A DNA stretch of 32,000 nucleotides. Source: Pasteurella multocida. Its GTDB lineage: Bacteria; Pseudomonadota; Gammaproteobacteria; Enterobacterales; Pasteurellaceae. The stretch covers positions 1,170,001-1,202,000 of the forward strand of contig NZ_LT906458.1 of NCBI RefSeq assembly GCF_900187275.1. Reading direction: 5' to 3'. The notes beneath the pieces are model-generated. The model saw nothing but the letters and a program-made list of their open reading frames with translations. It searched no databases and was not told the DNA's origin. Made by a program: the position numbers and the translations under genes. Shown here in pieces: positions 20,279 through 30,664 of this stretch (positions are counted from its first letter, which is position 1; each line of letters opens with the position of its first letter).

Positions 20279-21775
20279 ATGCAACACGAAACCTTACTCC
20301 ACATCCAAGGAATTGATAAGTCTTTTCCCGGTGTCAAAGCGCTCAGTAATGCTTGCTTATCCGTTTATGCAGGACGTGCCATGGCATTAATGGGGGAAAA
20401 TGGTGCGGGTAAATCGACCTTAATGAAAGTACTCACTGGCATTTACAGCAAAGACGCAGGCACAATTGAATATTTAGGTAAACAAGTCACCTTCAAAGGA
20501 CCAAAAGAGTCGCAAGAAGCCGGCATCAGCATCATTCACCAAGAATTGAATTTAGTTGGCAACCTAACAATCGCAGAAAATATTTTCTTAGGTCGTGAAT
20601 TTGTGACGCCTTGGGGAAGTATTGATTGGAAAAAAATGCACCAAGAAGCGGACAAATTACTTAAACGTTTAGGTGTTAGCCATAGTAGCCATCAATTGTG
20701 TTCCGAATTATCAATTGGTGAACAACAAATGGTTGAAATTGCCAAAGCACTCAGCTTTGAATCTAAAGTCATTATTATGGATGAACCCACCGATGCACTA
20801 ACCGATACGGAAACAGCCGCTTTATTTAAGGTGATTCGGGAACTCAAAGCTGAAAAACGTGGCATTGTCTATATCTCGCATCGTATCAAAGAGATTTTTG
20901 AAATTTGCGATGATGTGACGGTATTACGTGATGGTGAGTTTATTGGTGAAAAAGCTGTCAATGTATTAGATGAAGATCAGCTGATTGAAATGATGGTTGG
21001 ACGCCGTTTAGATGAACAATATCCACATTTAGATAAACCTCGTGGCGAATTATTGCTTGAAGTCGAAAATCTCAGTGGCAGTGGTGTACATGATGTCAGT
21101 TTCACATTACATCGAGGAGAAATTCTAGGGGTTTCTGGTCTGATGGGAGCGGGACGAACAGAGCTTATGAAAGTGTTATATGGCGCGCTACCCCGTTCAA
21201 GTGGCAAAGTGCGGTTAGCTCAGCAAGAAATTCACAATACTTGCCCACAAGATGGCTTAAATCATGGCATTGTGTACATTTCCGAAGATCGCAAAGGTGA
21301 TGGCTTAATTTTAGGCATGTCAGTGAAAGAAAATATGTCACTCACCGCTTTAGCCTATTTTTCTAAATCTATTCAAATTGATCACAAAGCAGAACAATTG
21401 GCAGTGGGTGACTTCATCACCATGTTTAATATCAAAACACCAAGCCAAGAACAGCAAATTGGGCTCTTATCTGGCGGCAATCAGCAAAAAGTGGCGATTG
21501 CTAAAGGCTTAATGACACGTCCCAACGTGTTGATTTTAGATGAGCCAACACGTGGCGTGGATGTGGGGGCGAAAAAAGAAATTTATCAACTCATTAATGA
21601 ATTCAAAAAAGAGGGCTTAAGTATCATTTTAGTGTCCTCTGAAATGCCAGAAGTGCTTGGCATGAGTGATCGTATTTTGGTCATGCATGAAGGGCGAATT
21701 AGTGCAGAATTCCAACGTGGTGAAGCCACGCAAGAAAAATTATTAGCCGCAGCCATTGGCAAAAGTGCGCTCTAA
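20279..21775 (+). CDS. rbsA: Ribose ABC transporter ATP-binding protein
   Basis: Two ATPase domains ([18 protein letters not shown]; [37 protein letters not shown]). Confidence 0.97.
   Translation: MQHETLLHIQGIDKSFPGVKALSNACLSVYAGRAMALMGENGAGKSTLMKVLTGIYSKDAGTIEYLGKQVTFKGPKESQEAGISIIHQELNLVGNLTIAENIFLGREFVTPWGSIDWKKMHQEADKLLKRLGVSHSSHQLCSELSIGEQQMVEIAKALSFESKVIIMDEPTDALTDTETAALFKVIRELKAEKRGIVYISHRIKEIFEICDDVTVLRDGEFIGEKAVNVLDEDQLIEMMVGRRLDEQYPHLDKPRGELLLEVENLSGSGVHDVSFTLHRGEILGVSGLMGAGRTELMKVLYGALPRSSGKVRLAQQEIHNTCPQDGLNHGIVYISEDRKGDGLILGMSVKENMSLTALAYFSKSIQIDHKAEQLAVGDFITMFNIKTPSQEQQIGLLSGGNQQKVAIAKGLMTRPNVLILDEPTRGVDVGAKKEIYQLINEFKKEGLSIILVSSEMPEVLGMSDRILVMHEGRISAEFQRGEATQEKLLAAAIGKSAL
21207..21215 (+). 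repeat. Uptake signal sequence core within rbsA
   Basis: Exact AAGTGCGGT. Confidence 0.8.
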
Positions 21776-21791
21776 ACCTGAAGGATTTATT

Positions 21792-22760
21792 ATGACAACT
21801 CAAGCAAAACCATTCCAATTCGGTAAATTCTTAATTGAACAACGTTCCATCATTGCCTTACTGGTGCTGATTGCGATCGTATCCATGATCAATCCTGACT
21901 TTTTCAGTGTGGATAATATTCTCAATATTTTACGCCAAACTTCAGTCAACGCAATTATTGCCGTCGGGATGACATTTGTGATCTTGATTGCCGGGATCGA
22001 TCTTTCGGTCGGTTCGGTACTTGCATTAACGGGGGCTATTGCCGCCTCGATGGTCAGTACCGAGTTACCAATACTGCTCGTCATTCCAGTCACACTCTTG
22101 ATTGGTACATTACTGGGCGGGATCAGCGGTGTTATTGTCGCGAAAGGGAAAGTACAAGCCTTCATTGCTACTCTCGTAACCATGACCTTATTACGTGGTG
22201 TGACCATGGTTTATACCGATGGACGCCCAATTAGTACAGGCTTTTCGGAAGGTGCGGATACGTTTTCGCTGTTAGGCACGGGTTATGTATTCGGTATCCC
22301 TGTCCCAATTTGGATTATGGCATTTGTCTTTGCTGCCTCTTGGTATGTATTAAAACATACACGTATTGGGCGTTATATTTATGCACTTGGGGGGAATGAA
22401 GCCGCTACCCAATTATCTGGCATTAACGTCAATAAAATTAAAATCTTTGTTTTTGCCGTCAGTGGCTTCTTATCTGCCCTTGCCGGTCTGATTGTCACTT
22501 CACGTTTATCCTCTGCTCAACCGACTGCCGGTGTGTCATATGAGCTTGATGCGATTGCCGCGGTTGTGGTCGGCGGAACGAGCTTAATGGGCGGAAAAGG
22601 ACGCGTCATGGGCACTTTAATTGGCGCATTGATTATTGGTTTCTTAAATAACGCGCTGAATTTACTGGATATTTCCTCTTACTATCAAATGATTGCAAAA
22701 GCATTAGTTATCTTAGTCGCGGTTTTAGCGGATAACTATTTAGGCACCAAAAAAGTTTAA
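21792..22760 (+). CDS. rbsC: Ribose ABC transporter permease
   Basis: RbsC-like membrane protein (IAVGMTFVILIAGIDLSVGSVLALTGAIAA; AVVVGGTSLMGGKGRVMGTLIGALIIGFLNNALNLL). The start is refined to 21792. Confidence 0.96.
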   Translation: MTTQAKPFQFGKFLIEQRSIIALLVLIAIVSMINPDFFSVDNILNILRQTSVNAIIAVGMTFVILIAGIDLSVGSVLALTGAIAASMVSTELPILLVIPVTLLIGTLLGGISGVIVAKGKVQAFIATLVTMTLLRGVTMVYTDGRPISTGFSEGADTFSLLGTGYVFGIPVPIWIMAFVFAASWYVLKHTRIGRYIYALGGNEAATQLSGINVNKIKIFVFAVSGFLSALAGLIVTSRLSSAQPTAGVSYELDAIAAVVVGGTSLMGGKGRVMGTLIGALIIGFLNNALNLLDISSYYQMIAKALVILVAVLADNYLGTKKV

Positions 22761-22787
22761 CCCACTCACTCTGTAAGGAGAATGCAA

Positions 22788-23675
22788 ATGAAAAAACTTC
22801 AAAAACTCACAACGTTAGCCTCAGCATTGATGTTAAGTTTGGCAGTCAGTGGTACTGCACTGGCTAAAGAAACCATTGCTTTGGCTGTTTCAACGCTCGA
22901 TAACCCTTTCTTTGTGACACTCAAAGACGGTGCACAGAAAAAAGCCGATGAACTGGGCTATAAATTGGTTGTTTTAGATTCACAAAACGATCCAGCAAAA
23001 GAATTAGCGAACGTAGAAGATTTAACGGTTCGTGGAGTGAAAGTCCTTTTAATCAACCCAACTGATTCTGAAGCCGTGGTCAATGCCGTAAAAATGGCAA
23101 ATCGCAATAAAATTCCGGTCATCACTTTAGACCGTGGTGCAGTTGCGGGAGACGTCGTCAGCCATATTGCGTCTGATAACGTCGCTGGAGGAAAAATGGC
23201 GGGCGATTTTATCGCTGAAAAACTTGGCGCAGGGGCAAAAGTCATTCAACTTGAAGGCATCGCGGGAACCTCAGCAGCACGTGAACGCGGAGAAGGCTTT
23301 AAACAAGCGATTGACGCGCATAAATTTGATGTGCTTGCAAGCCAACCCGCCGACTTTGACCGTACCAAAGGGCTTAACGTAATGGAAAACTTGTTAGCCA
23401 GCAAAGGGGATGTTAAAGCCGTCTTTGCTCAAAATGACGAGATGGCATTAGGGGCATTACGTGCTATCAACGCAGCCAATAAAAAGGTGTTAGTCGTTGG
23501 CTTTGACGGTACCGATGATGGTGTAAAAGCAGTACAAACAGGTAAAATGGCCGCGACCATTGCTCAACAACCTGATTTAATTGGTGCATTAGGCGTGGTA
23601 ACCGCAGATAAAGTCTTGAAAGGTGAAAAAGTGGAAGCCAAAATTCCTGTTGATTTAAAAGTGATCCATAAATAA
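22788..23675 (+). CDS. rbsB: Ribose ABC transporter substrate-binding protein
   Basis: Signal peptide and periplasmic-binding sequence ([51 protein letters not shown]). Confidence 0.96.
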   Translation: MKKLQKLTTLASALMLSLAVSGTALAKETIALAVSTLDNPFFVTLKDGAQKKADELGYKLVVLDSQNDPAKELANVEDLTVRGVKVLLINPTDSEAVVNAVKMANRNKIPVITLDRGAVAGDVVSHIASDNVAGGKMAGDFIAEKLGAGAKVIQLEGIAGTSAARERGEGFKQAIDAHKFDVLASQPADFDRTKGLNVMENLLASKGDVKAVFAQNDEMALGALRAINAANKKVLVVGFDGTDDGVKAVQTGKMAATIAQQPDLIGALGVVTADKVLKGEKVEAKIPVDLKVIHK

Positions 23676-23697
23676 GATCATCATCAAGCTTCGATGG

Positions 23698-23718
23698 GGG
23701 CAAGCTTAGGGCTTGCCC
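23698..23718 (+). other. GC-rich stem-loop in the rbsB-rbsK intergenic gap
   Basis: GGGCAAGC (23698-23705)-TTAGG-GCTTGCCC (23711-23718), with no poly-T tail. Confidence 0.75.
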
Positions 23719-23758
23719 TATATCACCTCAACATGAAACACAAAATAGCGAAGAACAT

Positions 23759-24679
23759 ATGAAAAAATTAACGGTACTTGGCAGTGTAAATGCCGATCAT
23801 GTCATTTCTGTCCCACACTTTGCTAAACCCGGTGAAACCCTCACAGGCAATCATTACCATATTGCGTATGGAGGAAAAGGTGCAAACCAAGCTGTTGCGG
23901 CTGCTCGCTTAGGTGCCAATATTGATTTTATTGCTTGTATTGGTGATGATGCGATTGGACAAGCAATGAAAAAGGCTTTCCAACAAGATGGCATTAATAC
24001 ACAAGCCGTTGTAGAAATTGCCGATCAAATGACAGGAATCGCCATGATTCAAGTCAACGCACACGGGGAAAACAGTATTGTCATTGCCGCCGGAGCAAAT
24101 GCTTATTTAACGGAAACTGTCGTTGAACAATTCGCGAATAAAATTACGCAAGCGGATACTTTATTAATGCAACTTGAAACCCCTTTAAGTGCGGTCATTT
24201 TCGCGGCAAAATTGGCTAAATCAGCCAATACTAAAGTGGTATTAAATCCGGCACCGGCCCAGCCACTTCCCGATGAGTTACTCATGCAATTGGACATGAT
24301 TACCCCTAATGAAACAGAAACTGAAATCTTGACTGGGGTGAAGGTTGTTGACGAACATTCTGCTTCGCAAGCGGCGGCTCTCTTTCATCAAAAAGGCATT
24401 GAAACGGTGCTCATCACTTTAGGCTCAAAAGGGGTTTATGCAAGTCAGAAAGGTACGCCGGGCAAAATGGTCGCAGGCTTTCGTGTCGATGCGAAAGACA
24501 CAACTGCCGCAGGTGATACGTTTAATGGCGCTTTAATGACTGCATTGTTGGAAGATAAACCGCTTGCTGATGCCATCCGTTTTGCCCATGCTGCCGCAGC
24601 AATTAGCGTCACCAGAGCGGGCGCACAACCCTCAATTCCGACTAGACAAGAAACCCTCAACTTTTTACAATCACATTAA
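23759..24679 (+). CDS. rbsK: Ribokinase
   Basis: PfkB family: GKGANQAVAAARLGANIDFIACIGDD; DTTAAGDTFNGALM. Confidence 0.96.
   Translation: MKKLTVLGSVNADHVISVPHFAKPGETLTGNHYHIAYGGKGANQAVAAARLGANIDFIACIGDDAIGQAMKKAFQQDGINTQAVVEIADQMTGIAMIQVNAHGENSIVIAAGANAYLTETVVEQFANKITQADTLLMQLETPLSAVIFAAKLAKSANTKVVLNPAPAQPLPDELLMQLDMITPNETETEILTGVKVVDEHSASQAAALFHQKGIETVLITLGSKGVYASQKGTPGKMVAGFRVDAKDTTAAGDTFNGALMTALLEDKPLADAIRFAHAAAAISVTRAGAQPSIPTRQETLNFLQSH
24187..24195 (+). repeat. Uptake signal sequence core within rbsK
   Basis: Exact AAGTGCGGT, then CATTTT. Confidence 0.8.
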
Positions 24680-24685
24680 AACCAT

Positions 24686-24712
24686 GTAGGGGAAACTTAC
24701 CCCTACTTTTTT
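24686..24712 (+). terminator. Rho-independent terminator between rbsK and rbsR
   Basis: GTAGGGG-AAACTTA-CCCCTAC followed by TTTTTT. Confidence 0.88.
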
Positions 24713-24762
24713 CACGTTTTCAATGACCTAGCAACATTCGCTACACGATAAGAGAAACCACA

Positions 24763-25776
24763 ATGGCAACTATGAAAGACATCGCAAGGATAGCGAAAGT
24801 ATCCACGTCAACCGTTTCCCATGTCATTAATAACTCTCGATTTGTTAGCGATGAAATTCGCGATAAAGTGATGCATGTTGTTAAGGAACTGAATTACACA
24901 CCTTCCGCCCTCGCACGCAGTCTAAAAGTCAAAGAAACCAAAACAATCGGCTTATTAGTCACCGCCACTAATAACCCTTTCTTTACTGAAGTCGTCAGTG
25001 GCGTAGAACAATATTGTCACCAGCATCACTATAATTTAATTCTCTCGAACACAGAGGGCGATACGGAGCGCCTGCGCCATAATTTACAAACCCTCATTCA
25101 AAAGCAAGTAGATGGTTTGTTACTGATGTGTTCCGATGCCCGTATTCAAATTGGTAAAGATTTGAATGTCAATTTACCCTTTGTGGTAATGGACTGGTGG
25201 CCTACAGAAGAAAAAGCGGACAAAATTTACGAAAACTCCGAGTATGGTGGTTACTTAGCCACTAAGCAGCTGATTGAAAAAGGGCACCAACACATTGCGA
25301 TTATTACCGGTAATTTAAAAAAGTCACTTGCACAGAATCGACTAGATGGTTACAAAAAAGCCCTAAAAGAAGCCAATATTCCCTTACGCGAAGACTGTAT
25401 CATTGAAAGCCATTTTGATTTTGAAGGCGGCAAACGCGGTATGGAGAAAGTGCTCGCGTTACAGCCACGTCCAACTGCCGTCTTTGCTTGTAGTGATAGT
25501 ATTGCCTTTGGTGCGTATCAAACGGTTTGGCATCAAGGTCTCCATATTCCACAAGACATTTCTATCATCGGCTACGATAATATTACTTTAGCCGAATATA
25601 TGTCGCCCCCCCTAACCACGATCAATCAACCTAAAGCGGAATTAGGTAAATTAGCCGTAGAAACCTTACTCCAGCGGATCAAAAATCCAACAGCAAAACA
25701 CCGTACATTATTACTTGAACCTCAATTAGTTTGGCGAGAATCTGTTAGACAGCTGTATCAAGAAAAACGTGGGTAA
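24763..25776 (+). CDS. rbsR: LacI-family transcriptional repressor of the ribose operon
   Basis: [35 protein letters not shown] LacI HTH; located downstream of rbsK. Confidence 0.94.
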
Positions 25777-25790
25777 ATCCCACGTTTTAT

Positions 25791-26954
25791 TTAAGGTGTG
25801 AGCTCAACAGGCTTAATAATTTCACTTGGATAACAGCCCAATACTTTTAAATAATGACTATATTGTTTCAGCTCGTCTAAAGCTTGCTGTGTCTCCGGAT
25901 TATGAATATTCGCCTCAATTTCAAGATAAAACATTTCTTCCCATGGCTTACCATAAATTGGACGCGATTCCAGTTTGGTCATATTAATTTGATGCTTTTT
26001 AAACACGAATAAAGCATCAACTAATGCCCCCGCTTGTTGCGATGTGGTCATCAACAATAGCGTTTTCGTGTGAATCTGTGGTGACACTTGCAATGGTTTC
26101 TTCGCTACCACAATGAAACGAGTAATATTGTTAGGTTGGTTGGCTATATCTGATTTCAATACCGTTAAACCGTATAACGCTCCGCCATCCGCATTTCCTA
26201 ACGCCGCAATATTCGGCTTATTTAAGCTTGCCACTAACTGCATCGCATGAGAGCTGCTTTCACAATATTCAATGTGAACACGTTCTAAGCCTTTAATAAA
26301 TTGGCTACATTGTTGGATAACTTGTGGATGACTATATAATGTTTCAATTTGATTCAAATCATCCTGTCCATTCACTAAGACACAATGCCGAATCGGATAC
26401 GCCAACTCACCTACTAAAGAAAGATCGGTATGTTGCAATAAATCATACACTTCATTAATAGCACCCGACGTGGTATTTTCCAGTGGTAACACACCGTAAT
26501 CTGCTTCGCCTGCGCTGACTTTCTCAAAAATCTCATCAAATGAGCGACAGCTCAGTTCCACAAAGGTTTCTTGATAACGCGTTGCATAACTTCTCGCCGC
26601 CAAATGTGAATAAGAGCCACGTTTGCCTAAAAACGCAATATGGATATTCTGTTCACGTTGCGCATTCAGTTTTTTTTGCAAATAAACTTGTTGTGTGGCA
26701 ACGGAATCTTCAATAATACGCTGAAAAATATCGGTAATATATTGTGCTTCTAATTGGTAGTTTTGATTTTCAGCAAATTGAATGAGTTCTTGCAACAATT
26801 GTTGTTCACGCTCAAGATCACGAAGGGGTTTCTGCGTGATTTCTTTACTGCGCGCCACATCAAAGGCTAAGCGATGACGCTCTGACAATAATTTCAATAA
26901 ATTTCGATCAAGTTGTGTGATCTGTTGACGAATCTCACTTAAATCCAAAGACAT
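25791..26954 (-). CDS. pheA: Bifunctional chorismate mutase/prephenate dehydratase
   Basis: N-terminal chorismate mutase ([31 protein letters not shown]), PDT domain ([18 protein letters not shown]) and ACT region ([22 protein letters not shown]). Confidence 0.95.
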   Translation of the reverse strand: MSLDLSEIRQQITQLDRNLLKLLSERHRLAFDVARSKEITQKPLRDLEREQQLLQELIQFAENQNYQLEAQYITDIFQRIIEDSVATQQVYLQKKLNAQREQNIHIAFLGKRGSYSHLAARSYATRYQETFVELSCRSFDEIFEKVSAGEADYGVLPLENTTSGAINEVYDLLQHTDLSLVGELAYPIRHCVLVNGQDDLNQIETLYSHPQVIQQCSQFIKGLERVHIEYCESSSHAMQLVASLNKPNIAALGNADGGALYGLTVLKSDIANQPNNITRFIVVAKKPLQVSPQIHTKTLLLMTTSQQAGALVDALFVFKKHQINMTKLESRPIYGKPWEEMFYLEIEANIHNPETQQALDELKQYSHYLKVLGCYPSEIIKPVELTP

Positions 26955-26991
26955 ATCCTTTCCTGTAGGCTGAAAATTTAGCAAAAACGGA

Positions 26992-27019
26992 CCGCACTTT
27001 ACTGCCTCTTAAAGTGCGG
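26992..27019 (-). terminator. USS-based hairpin downstream of the yqhD-like gene
   Basis: CCGCACTTT (26992-27000)-10-nt loop-AAAGTGCGG (27011-27019). The left arm is a full USS (ACCGCACTT), the right arm a near-USS. Confidence 0.65.
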
Positions 27020-28160
27020 CATATAGAATTTCGTTAACGGCTTGGCGATCTAAATGTTGATGTTCACCTAAGTTATACGCCTGATGTTCGGCTAATTTGT
27101 CTAAAATAACAGAAAATTGGCTATCATCAATAGCATAATCAGAAAAACGTGTTTTTACCCCCATTTGTTCAAAAAATTGGCGTGTTTTTTCAATCGAAAC
27201 CTGTATAGCCTGTTCTTCATCACCTTGATAATTCCAAACACGTTGCGCAAATTGAATCAGTTTTTCTCGTTTATTGGCTTTTTGATGCTGTATCAAGGCT
27301 GGCACAATAATCGCGAGCGTTTGAGCATGATCCAAACCATAAAGAGCAGTAAGTTCGTGTCCAATCGCGTGTGATGCCCAATCTTGTACCACACCCACGC
27401 CTAAAATCTCATTCAATGCCATGGTCGCTGCCCACATGATATTCGCTCTTGCATCATAATCTGTTGGATTAGCTAACACTTTCGGTCCTTCCTCAATTAA
27501 GGTCTGAAAAACACCTTCAGCGAAGCGATCTTGAATTTTTGCTTGCTGAGGATAGGTCATATACTGCTCAAACGTATGCACAAAGGCATCGACCACCCCA
27601 TTGGCAGTTTGTTTTTCGGGTAGAGAATAGGTCGTTGTCGGATCTAATACCGCAAAGACAGGTCGGACTAAAGGGGAAGCAAAGGACAATTTATCCCCAG
27701 TTTGTTGACGACTTATCACCGCATAACCATTCATTTCCGATCCTGTTGCAGGCAATGTCATAATGCATCCAAGGGGTAACGCATATTGTACGGGGTGGTG
27801 TTTGGCTAAAATATCCCAAGGTTCGCCTACGAACTTCACCGCACTGGCAATAAATTTACTGCCATCGAGCACCGAACCACCGCCTACGGCTAAAATAAAA
27901 TCTAAGTTTTCTTGTTTCACAACCTCAACGGCTTTCATTAACGTTTCATAACGCGGGTTAGGTTCGATCCCCGAAAACTCGCGCCAATAGAACCCCGCCA
28001 AAGCATTTTCCACTTGGGCAAACACGCCATTTTTCTTTACACTGCCACCGCCTGTCGTGACTAAAATCCGCGCATCTTGAGGAATATGCTCACGAATCGC
28101 CTGAATTTGTCCTTCACCAAAAAGTGCTAAGGTAGGTAATTGAAATGTAAAGTTAAGCAT
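27009..28160 (-). CDS. yqhD: Iron-containing NAD(P)H-dependent alcohol dehydrogenase, YqhD-like
   Basis: MLNFTFQLPTLALFGEGQIQAIREHIPQDARILVTTGGGSVKKNGV; LAVGGGSVLDGSKFI; GHELTALYGLDHAQTLAI. The start is taken at 28160 rather than 28301. Confidence 0.9.
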   Translation of the reverse strand: MLNFTFQLPTLALFGEGQIQAIREHIPQDARILVTTGGGSVKKNGVFAQVENALAGFYWREFSGIEPNPRYETLMKAVEVVKQENLDFILAVGGGSVLDGSKFIASAVKFVGEPWDILAKHHPVQYALPLGCIMTLPATGSEMNGYAVISRQQTGDKLSFASPLVRPVFAVLDPTTTYSLPEKQTANGVVDAFVHTFEQYMTYPQQAKIQDRFAEGVFQTLIEEGPKVLANPTDYDARANIMWAATMALNEILGVGVVQDWASHAIGHELTALYGLDHAQTLAIIVPALIQHQKANKREKLIQFAQRVWNYQGDEEQAIQVSIEKTRQFFEQMGVKTRFSDYAIDDSQFSVILDKLAEHQAYNLGEHQHLDRQAVNEILYAAL

Positions 28161-28260
28161 AATTGTTCTCCTCTGTTCTTTCATTGCGTTCTCGCTTAAA
28201 CACACAATGAGATAAAATAACACGGATATTGGGAAATCAATCTCCACAATATCAAAAAGA

Positions 28261-28294
28261 AAAAAGCTATACTTCGTGAGAAATATAGCTTTTT
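28261..28294 (-). terminator. Rho-independent terminator downstream of lpxC
   Basis: AAAAAGCTATA (28261-28271)/TATAGCTTTTT (28284-28294), followed by T-rich sequence in the minus-strand direction. Confidence 0.82.
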
Positions 28295-28312
28295 CATGCA
28301 AAATGAATAACG

Positions 28313-29230
28313 TTAAATCAGCACTTGTGTTGGCGCTTCATAACCATGTGGAATGGCTTGTTTGTCATCAAATGTCACAAACTCCCACGCTTCTTGATTA
28401 GCTAAAACCGCACGCAATAATTTGTTATTTAGCCCATGACCGGATTTATAGGCTTTAAAGTCACCGATAATGTTATAACCCGCCATGTATAAATCACCAA
28501 TGGCATCTAACATTTTATGACGCACAAGTTCATCTTTAAAACGTAAGCCGTCTTCGTTCAAAATACGATAATCGTCTAACACAATCGCATTATCTAAACT
28601 GCCACCTAGCGCTAAACCTTGCGATTGAAGATATTCAATATCTTTCATAAAGCCAAAAGTTCTTGCACGGCTAATTTGTTGAACAAAGGCTTGTGCGGAG
28701 AAATCCATCACATAATTACGCACATCTTTACCAATCGCAGGGTGCTCAAAGTCAATGGTAAAGTCTAAGCGGAATCCATTATATGGCGTGAACTCTGCCC
28801 ATTTATCGCCATCCTCAACACGAACTTTTTGTTTGATGCGAATAAATTTTTTCGCTGCGTTTTGCTCTTCAATACCCGCATCAAGTAAAAGGTAAATAAA
28901 CGGACTGGCGCTACCATCCATAATTGGAATTTCCGGCGCATCCACTTCAATAATCACGTTATCAATACCTAATCCAGCTAACGCGGCATTCAAATGTTCA
29001 ACCGTTGAAATACGCACGCCTTCTTCATTCACTAAACAAGTACACAGCATTGTATCACGTACAGCATTGGCATTTGCCGGGAACGTCACTGGCGGATTTA
29101 AATCCGTACGACAGTAGATGACACCCGTATTTGCCATAGCGGGACGTAACGTCAAGGTTACTTTATTACCACTATGTAAGCCTACGCCGGTGACTTTAAT
29201 GCTCTGTTTTAATGTTCTTTGCTTAATCAT
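28313..29230 (-). CDS. lpxC: UDP-3-O-acyl-N-acetylglucosamine deacetylase
   Basis: [31 protein letters not shown]; [15 protein letters not shown]; [14 protein letters not shown]. Confidence 0.98.
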   Translation of the reverse strand: MIKQRTLKQSIKVTGVGLHSGNKVTLTLRPAMANTGVIYCRTDLNPPVTFPANANAVRDTMLCTCLVNEEGVRISTVEHLNAALAGLGIDNVIIEVDAPEIPIMDGSASPFIYLLLDAGIEEQNAAKKFIRIKQKVRVEDGDKWAEFTPYNGFRLDFTIDFEHPAIGKDVRNYVMDFSAQAFVQQISRARTFGFMKDIEYLQSQGLALGGSLDNAIVLDDYRILNEDGLRFKDELVRHKMLDAIGDLYMAGYNIIGDFKAYKSGHGLNNKLLRAVLANQEAWEFVTFDDKQAIPHGYEAPTQVLI

Positions 29231-29275
29231 ATCTTTCTCTTAACTTATTGTGATAACAACAAGGTTAATTTCAAT

Positions 29276-30580
29276 TTATTTATCTGTATTGCGGATGAAA
29301 TTTTGCACATTAAACAAATTTTCATCTTTTTGCAAGTTATTTGAGGTACGCGCTGTGATTGGCGTATCCAAAATACTGGTTTTGGTTAAATCTGTTGGTC
29401 GTGGTGGCACATGCCCTTGCTGAGCACCATAACCAGAACTTGGGGTCGGATGACCACTCAAATTCGCAGGTTGTAACGGTCTTGACTCACCGACCGTGTG
29501 TTGAATAGGCTGTTGTTGACGATGTGGCATCGGCATCTCTGGCGCTTCAATATCGCCAATACCTGTTGCAACAATGGTCACACGAATTTCATCAACCATT
29601 TCAGGCACTAGCGTGGTACCAATTACAACAGTGGCTTCTTCTGAGGCAAACTCAGCGACAGTCTTACCAACTACATTAAATTCATCAAGCCCGAGATCCA
29701 TACCCGATGTGATATTAACTAATACCCCTTTAGCGCCGGATAAATCAACACGTTCTAATAAATCACTTTTCACTGCAATGCGTGTCGCTTCTTCAGCACG
29801 ACCTTCGCCAGCCGTACCTTTACAAGAACCAAAGCCAATCATCGCTTGTCCCATTTCTGACATCACCGTACGCACGTCAGCAAAGTCCACGTTGATTAAC
29901 CCTGGAGAGGTAATCATATCCGAAATCCCAGTCACAGAATTACGTAACACATCATTAGCCGCAGAGAAAGCTTGAAGCAACGTCGCATTTTTAGGTAACG
30001 CTTTAGCCAGTTGCTCATTTGGAATAATAATCAGAGAATCGACGTGTTTAGAAAGTTCTTTAATCCCCATTTCAGCAAATAACATCCGTTTTTTGCCTTC
30101 AAAAGAGAACGGTTTTGTGACGACAGCAACAGTTAAAATACCCAGTTCTTTAGCAATTTGTGCAACGATTGGCGCGGCACCTGTTCCTGTACCACCGCCC
30201 ATGCCCGCTGCGATAAAGACCATATCTGCCCCTTCAAGCATCGCCCGAATAGCTTCTTGGTCATCTTCTGCCGCTTTACGTCCAACATTCGGATTGGCAC
30301 CTGCACCTAAACCTTTTGTTGTTGAACCACCAATTTGGACGGTTTGCTGAACTTGGCTTTTACGTAAAGCTTGTGCATCCGTGTTCACAGCATAAAAAAT
30401 AATTTTGCCATGTTCATCTGAATTCATGACTGCTTCATCTAAAAGTGTTCCACCAATATCATTTTTAATCATATTGGCTACCATGTGGTTAACAGCGTTA
30501 CCGCCACCACCACCGACGCCCACAACTTTAATGAGAGCTCCGTCCATTTCACCAAGATCATAATCTACTGGTTCAAACAT
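29276..30580 (-). CDS. ftsZ: Cell division protein FtsZ
   Basis: [14 protein letters not shown] and [21 protein letters not shown] tubulin signature. MFEP at 30580 has better GGAG spacing than the ATG at 30586. Confidence 0.97.
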   Translation of the reverse strand: MFEPVDYDLGEMDGALIKVVGVGGGGGNAVNHMVANMIKNDIGGTLLDEAVMNSDEHGKIIFYAVNTDAQALRKSQVQQTVQIGGSTTKGLGAGANPNVGRKAAEDDQEAIRAMLEGADMVFIAAGMGGGTGTGAAPIVAQIAKELGILTVAVVTKPFSFEGKKRMLFAEMGIKELSKHVDSLIIIPNEQLAKALPKNATLLQAFSAANDVLRNSVTGISDMITSPGLINVDFADVRTVMSEMGQAMIGFGSCKGTAGEGRAEEATRIAVKSDLLERVDLSGAKGVLVNITSGMDLGLDEFNVVGKTVAEFASEEATVVIGTTLVPEMVDEIRVTIVATGIGDIEAPEMPMPHRQQQPIQHTVGESRPLQPANLSGHPTPSSGYGAQQGHVPPRPTDLTKTSILDTPITARTSNNLQKDENLFNVQNFIRNTDK

Positions 30581-30664
30581 ATTCATTCTCCGTCAATGCT
30601 AATTCTCTGCTAGCACATTATTAAAACCTAAATATTTCTTATTGTAGATGAAAAATAGGAATTC

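Noticed and set aside
22958-23703. Antisense and alternative-frame ORFs inside rbsB, plus one (23467-23703) reading into the rbsB-rbsK gap
   Set aside because: rbsB is convincingly the real gene, and these ORFs have shadow-type composition.
28161-28301. N-terminal extension of the yqhD-like ORF (MHEKAIFLTKYSFF...)
   Set aside because: The extension translates through the lpxC terminator hairpin and is not YqhD-like. The start at 28160 (MLNFTF) matches family N-termini.
29574-30350. Plus-strand ORFs of 133 and 85 aa antisense to ftsZ
   Set aside because: Ser/Thr/Pro-biased shadow ORFs within the highly conserved FtsZ coding region.
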